A DNA stretch of 28,182 nucleotides, from IMG/VR virus record IMGVR_UViG_3300011335_000398, positions 1 to 28,182 of that record; one strand, written 5' to 3'. This stretch comes from a virus (taxonomy: Duplodnaviria > Caudoviricetes). Below, in pieces: positions 25,201 to 28,182 of this stretch. Numbering within the stretch: position 1 is the stretch's first letter; every line of letters starts with the position of its first letter. A program made the translations under genes and the position numbers. Under the pieces are notes generated by a model. That model did no database searches, was not told where the DNA came from, and saw only the letters and a list, made by a program, of their open reading frames with translations.

Positions 25201-28182
25201 GGTCAGTCAGGTCAGGCATGGCCGAGTAGGACTGCTCAACATCGACAAGCATACTGGGCGCGTCGAGGCGCTTCTGGTACTCACGCTCGATGGCCTTGCG
25301 CTCTTTGTCGTTGACGGCGGTGTCGAGTTCCAGATCACGCTCGGCCCGGATTGCTGCGCGGCCTGCCTCGGTCATGGGGCGCGGCACACTGATGGTGTAT
25401 TTGATGCCCTTCTTAAAGTCTTCCAGCGTGAACTTGCCACGGGCTGCAAGGATGTCGTATACCTCTTGGTTCAGGCGGGCTTCGCCACCCTCGATGGTGA
25501 TCAGGCTACCCATCTTGCGCAATTCAGCTTCGGTCAAGTTGCCCAGCTTCACACGGCTGGTGACGTTAAGCATGGCCGACGTGCTGGCAATCTGCGCCTC
25601 GGATGCGCCCCGTGTGAACCCGCGACCCAGCACTTCTACGGCGGGGGACAGCACGGTATCCATCATCTTGTTGTACTGCGCACGCAGTTGCGCTGCGTTC
25701 TTGCTGGTGTCGCGGAAGATGTCGTACAGGCGGCGGTAGCCTTGGTTCTCACGAGCCGCATAGTTCATCGACTTGAGTTCACCGATCAGGCGGTTGGTGT
25801 AGTCGCCGATGTTGATGCCACGATCCTTGGCCTGTTGGAACAAGTTGGTGATGTCGAACAACTTGGTGCTGCGCTGGCCGAAGGCATCCATTGCGGCCAC
25901 TCGGTTTTGCTCGTCGTAGTACTCACCGGCCAAAGCGAAGCGGCCAGAACCGTCCGGGTCGTTGATGCCTTCGATTGCAGCCATGCGCTGGGCCATCGCC
26001 TTGAAGTCCATGAACGTGCCACTTGTTGTGCCGTTGCGGACGTAGCGGCGGGACTGGCTGACCAGATAGCGGGCAGTGTCATCGTCGAAGCGCACACCAA
26101 TCTTGTTCAGGGCGTTCTTGATGGCGTTCCAGAACCGGGCGATGATGTTGGTGTCCAACATCCCGGCAAAGTCAGCAAGGTATTCCTCAGTGGCTTCTTG
26201 GCGCGACATCTTGCGGGCCTTCATGGCAGTGTCCACAGCAGCCTTGACCTTGGCACTGGAGTTGTACACCGCATCAAGGGCGGCATTCAGTTCCTTCGCA
26301 GTCAGCAGACCACGGAAGCCGAAGTGGCCCAGCGTCTCGTGCGCCAGCACAAACTTCAGTTGCTGCTCAGTGGCAACCCGGTCAGCGAAGATGATGACAT
26401 TGCCGTCACCGAACGAGTACCCCACAGCATTGGCCGTGTCAAAGTCACCCTGCGGGCGCGAGGCCACTGCCTGCGCATACAGCGTGGGGTTCTTGGCTTT
26501 GAAGTCTGCTTGGTTGCGATAGACCTGCACCTTCGGCTTGATGCCCAGCTTGGACAGGAACGCACTGACCAACATCTTCACACGTCCCAGCGGAATTGGA
26601 TTGTTGACCGGCGTGCCGTCGTCGCGGAAGTAGCGACCATCGCTGAAATCATCAGCGCGACCAATGTTGAAGTCGTCCAAAGAGAACGGCGCTTCGTAGT
26701 CGTCGTCTGCTGCGATGTTGTCCTCGTCGATGATCTGTTCACGCTCGGCCTGCACTGCGTCCGTCACTTCCTCAGTGGCGACACGGAAGATACCTTTGAT
26801 CGTGCCGGTGTATGGGTTGCCACTTGCATCGAAGTAGTCAGCCAGCATGTTGCCGTTCTGATCGACAAACAACTCCATATCTGCGGCGCGGGCAGCAGCC
26901 CACAGGTCACGCAACTTCTTGATGGCGTTCCCGCGCTGGGTCTTGTTCATGGGAACCGTCTTGGTGTTCAGTTCCTTGATGTAGTCGGACAGCGCCGTGG
27001 CGGCGTTGGAGCGGGTGTCGTTCTTTATGTTGTCACCGGCCTTGCCGATAATGCCGCTGACTGGGCCGACGCTGGCCTTGTACTTCTTGACCGTATCGGC
27101 TGGCAAGTTGGCGACGCGCAGTTGGCCGGAGTCCAGCATCTTGGTGGCTGCATCAATCGACAAGCCCTTGACCACGGTGGTAATCTGGGGCAGCAGGCCG
27201 CGCCGGGTGGCGTAATCAAACCACGGCTTGGAGTCGCCTTTGGTAGTGCCACGGGTGTAGACCGCCTCAACAGACGGCAACGTGTTGACCAGTTCAAGCA
27301 GCGCAGTGTCGATGGCGTTTTGTTGGGCGTCGGTGAAGCTGGTCGTCGCCAGCAATTCACGGGCACGCAGAACTGCGGCCTTGGTGTTGGTTTCTTCGCT
27401 GGTGAAATAAGCAAACTCAACCACGGTGCCAATGGCATCACGGAAGTCACGGATGTCGGTGGCCGACTCAGCCGAAGCAAACTCGCTGTTAACCAGTTGG
27501 AGTGGGGTTTCTTCTGCGTCGCCAAGGATTTCCTCGGCCCGCTGCATGGTGGCCTTGCCAGCGTCCACATCCTGACGCCACTGGGTGCGCACAGGTGCGG
27601 GCAGATCGTTGAACGCCGGAGCGCCCTCGGGCTTCATGTCCTCCCACGCTTCGGCGGGAGGAAGGGCTTCAACCTTTACCGGAGCGGGGACGGCGGCGGG
27701 TGCCGCCACGGCTTTTGGGGGCTTGGGGGCCTCCTTCTTTACTTCTGGCGCTGTTTTCCCGCGCTTGAGAGCGATGCCGCGACCGCCTGCTTTAGCGCCG
27801 CCTGCTTTGACTTCGGTCGCGGGCTTGACCCCAGCGTCCCCCCCGCCTTGTACTCCCGCATTATCTTGCTGACGTTTTGCGACACTACCTTGCTTGAGCT
27901 TCCCTTTTTGAGTGGCACTTGGAGTCTCCTTGACTTCGACCGCAGCGACACCGGCCTGCTTCTTCAGGCCACGCTGGGTACGGGGTTTAGACACCGGCGC
28001 TTTGGGCGCAGCCGGAGCGGGTTTAACTGTTTCCTTGCGGCCAGCAGACTTGAGCGCGGCCATTGAGGGCTGGCCCTCTTGGGTGATCAGCGGCAACTGA
28101 GCACGGCGCTGGGCAGCAGTCTGTGGAATCTCGGCTGTAGCTGCGGGTAAACCCGTACTCACACCACGGCGCAGACCCTCGG
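22268..28182 (-). CDS. Very large polyvalent / internal-virion-type protein, 5' truncated
   Basis: Frame stays open past GTG 28162 to the edge (EGLRRG); HETLGH..G...EE zincin-like motif; YVPFGREG resembles the PLxRFG motif; hydrophobic helical C-terminus. Confidence 0.75.
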   Translation of the reverse strand, partial: EGLRRGVSTGLPAATAEIPQTAAQRRAQLPLITQEGQPSMAALKSAGRKETVKPAPAAPKAPVSKPRTQRGLKKQAGVAAVEVKETPSATQKGKLKQGSVAKRQQDNAGVQGGGDAGVKPATEVKAGGAKAGGRGIALKRGKTAPEVKKEAPKPPKAVAAPAAVPAPVKVEALPPAEAWEDMKPEGAPAFNDLPAPVRTQWRQDVDAGKATMQRAEEILGDAEETPLQLVNSEFASAESATDIRDFRDAIGTVVEFAYFTSEETNTKAAVLRARELLATTSFTDAQQNAIDTALLELVNTLPSVEAVYTRGTTKGDSKPWFDYATRRGLLPQITTVVKGLSIDAATKMLDSGQLRVANLPADTVKKYKASVGPVSGIIGKAGDNIKNDTRSNAATALSDYIKELNTKTVPMNKTQRGNAIKKLRDLWAAARAADMELFVDQNGNMLADYFDASGNPYTGTIKGIFRVATEEVTDAVQAEREQIIDEDNIAADDDYEAPFSLDDFNIGRADDFSDGRYFRDDGTPVNNPIPLGRVKMLVSAFLSKLGIKPKVQVYRNQADFKAKNPTLYAQAVASRPQGDFDTANAVGYSFGDGNVIIFADRVATEQQLKFVLAHETLGHFGFRGLLTAKELNAALDAVYNSSAKVKAAVDTAMKARKMSRQEATEEYLADFAGMLDTNIIARFWNAIKNALNKIGVRFDDDTARYLVSQSRRYVRNGTTSGTFMDFKAMAQRMAAIEGINDPDGSGRFALAGEYYDEQNRVAAMDAFGQRSTKLFDITNLFQQAKDRGINIGDYTNRLIGELKSMNYAARENQGYRRLYDIFRDTSKNAAQLRAQYNKMMDTVLSPAVEVLGRGFTRGASEAQIASTSAMLNVTSRVKLGNLTEAELRKMGSLITIEGGEARLNQEVYDILAARGKFTLEDFKKGIKYTISVPRPMTEAGRAAIRAERDLELDTAVNDKERKAIEREYQKRLDAPSMLVDVEQSYSAMPDLTDQSPEWVMYNEVRDTMNKSATDMLLANFAAAKGERDNVERVVQRFLDRALTENDRSFLKTVEDKYLSLRAEGSSIDASGVMMTKRESVAAANDFIKKFNAAVLGRDTDRNADVQAFFEKAQADDVFGGIEALKKDSNIPRSGPDRFAIQQAIQNLALFELSKTDAELLAKRSIAGGYVPFGREGSWQVRIQAVDPRTGRIYKVSEQYRQQLLFSQVENRAEAEAMAERIQGLFDDVRDGFEMEVLDGTEFVIKKVKLVAQSETSRETVSTTAEANLNEIISAITRFSISITPEERERLIVGMTQQNAKARTRLKRAGTPGEDPNTIKYVSQHLESTASTVARKQNRHRLDRLFDDADPDSIRLWFGDKGEYDRRKAAWEAAEKDPTAPEAQKFAAKREFDDYHYTFVTKESPVMGNRFKDRGRRAVAFMESQSNVDYTDFASGEAASAIRTATTFAFMGASFATAILNYLSLATNVLPSFSGYNQKNAFGGGFGWGMSSVEISRAIGSTKGFGQSEVKFWDDMLADPAKLAASGFTEAEARFMQKEVGGGTMQAALTNSLLGSARGKFRTGATKAAAETWMSLFNYTEQHSRRATGLAAFRMSYARALAEGKDAATAFEVADKFAVDMIDNTLGEYAMYNRPAMFRGDVRQFLFMFKMFPVNSIQMLAALPRKEQLLALGILAMFAGLKGLPFAEDLMDIIDTIAQALGLGPSKIWKGSAEKTLAEAVDAIAPGMTPILMRGLLNTITPANVADRVSLSNIIPGTGIALAGANVGRELIEIAGPVASFLQGAVAMSADVARYGLETVRVLDDKTSFNKILRESPVAMLRALGDMVAYNNAGAIISQKGFVVSDDLHLGTMLTRALGFYPASAVAENDVVRMSKRIGDYQKDVAATYRGLYVGAKIAKDNDRAREVVQMVKDWNDAAKGTGLEIRSFEGSANRALREAQRTATERYLKAAPRAMRPETERILELYGVTE
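27739..27918 (-). CDS. Nested out-of-frame small basic protein (59 aa), DUF6496-like
   Basis: SD AAGGAG (27931-27926) 7 nt before GTG; MPLKKGSSSKVVSQNVSKIMREYKAGGTLGSSPRPKSKQAALKQAVAASLSSAGKQRQK. Confidence 0.7.
   Translation of the reverse strand: MPLKKGSSSKVVSQNVSKIMREYKAGGTLGSSPRPKSKQAALKQAVAASLSSAGKQRQK

Noticed and set aside
27025-27570. Second same-strand alternate-frame ORF in the giant gene (181 aa)
   Set aside because: Pro/Arg/Ser/Cys-rich frameshift-type composition and no recognisable motif, unlike 27739-27918.
25466-28066. 866-aa plus-strand ORF
   Set aside because: Antisense shadow of the giant gene; V/G/H/Q-rich composition typical of in-register reverse translation in GC3-biased DNA; no motifs.

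Overview
Segment of a tailed dsDNA phage genome (Caudoviricetes, podovirus-like gene set; no integrase, tRNA or CRISPR seen; host not determinable from sequence). Minus strand, left: packaging block (probable TerS, two small ORFs, TerL, a 230-aa hypothetical, and the first codons of a probable portal). 3145-4722: a control region with a C-tract plus alternating purine-pyrimidine tract, twin promoters driving two paralogous ~99-aa genes, an rrn-type boxA, a 28-aa membrane peptide between two terminators facing a near-consensus antisense promoter, and a symmetric AT-rich origin-like element with two inverted IHF-consensus sites. Plus strand 4723-22278: early small ORFs, a MoxR AAA / DUF3150-like / metallopeptidase-VWA module, then replication genes (PolA, Cas4-like exonuclease, VRR-NUC, SNF2 helicase, SSB-like, XRE HTH, primase-helicase). 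Minus strand, right: a >1970-aa polyvalent/internal-virion-type protein, truncated by the window edge, which carries an apparently genuine small basic gene nested out of frame in its low-complexity N-terminal region. All family calls come from motif recognition by eye, not database searches.
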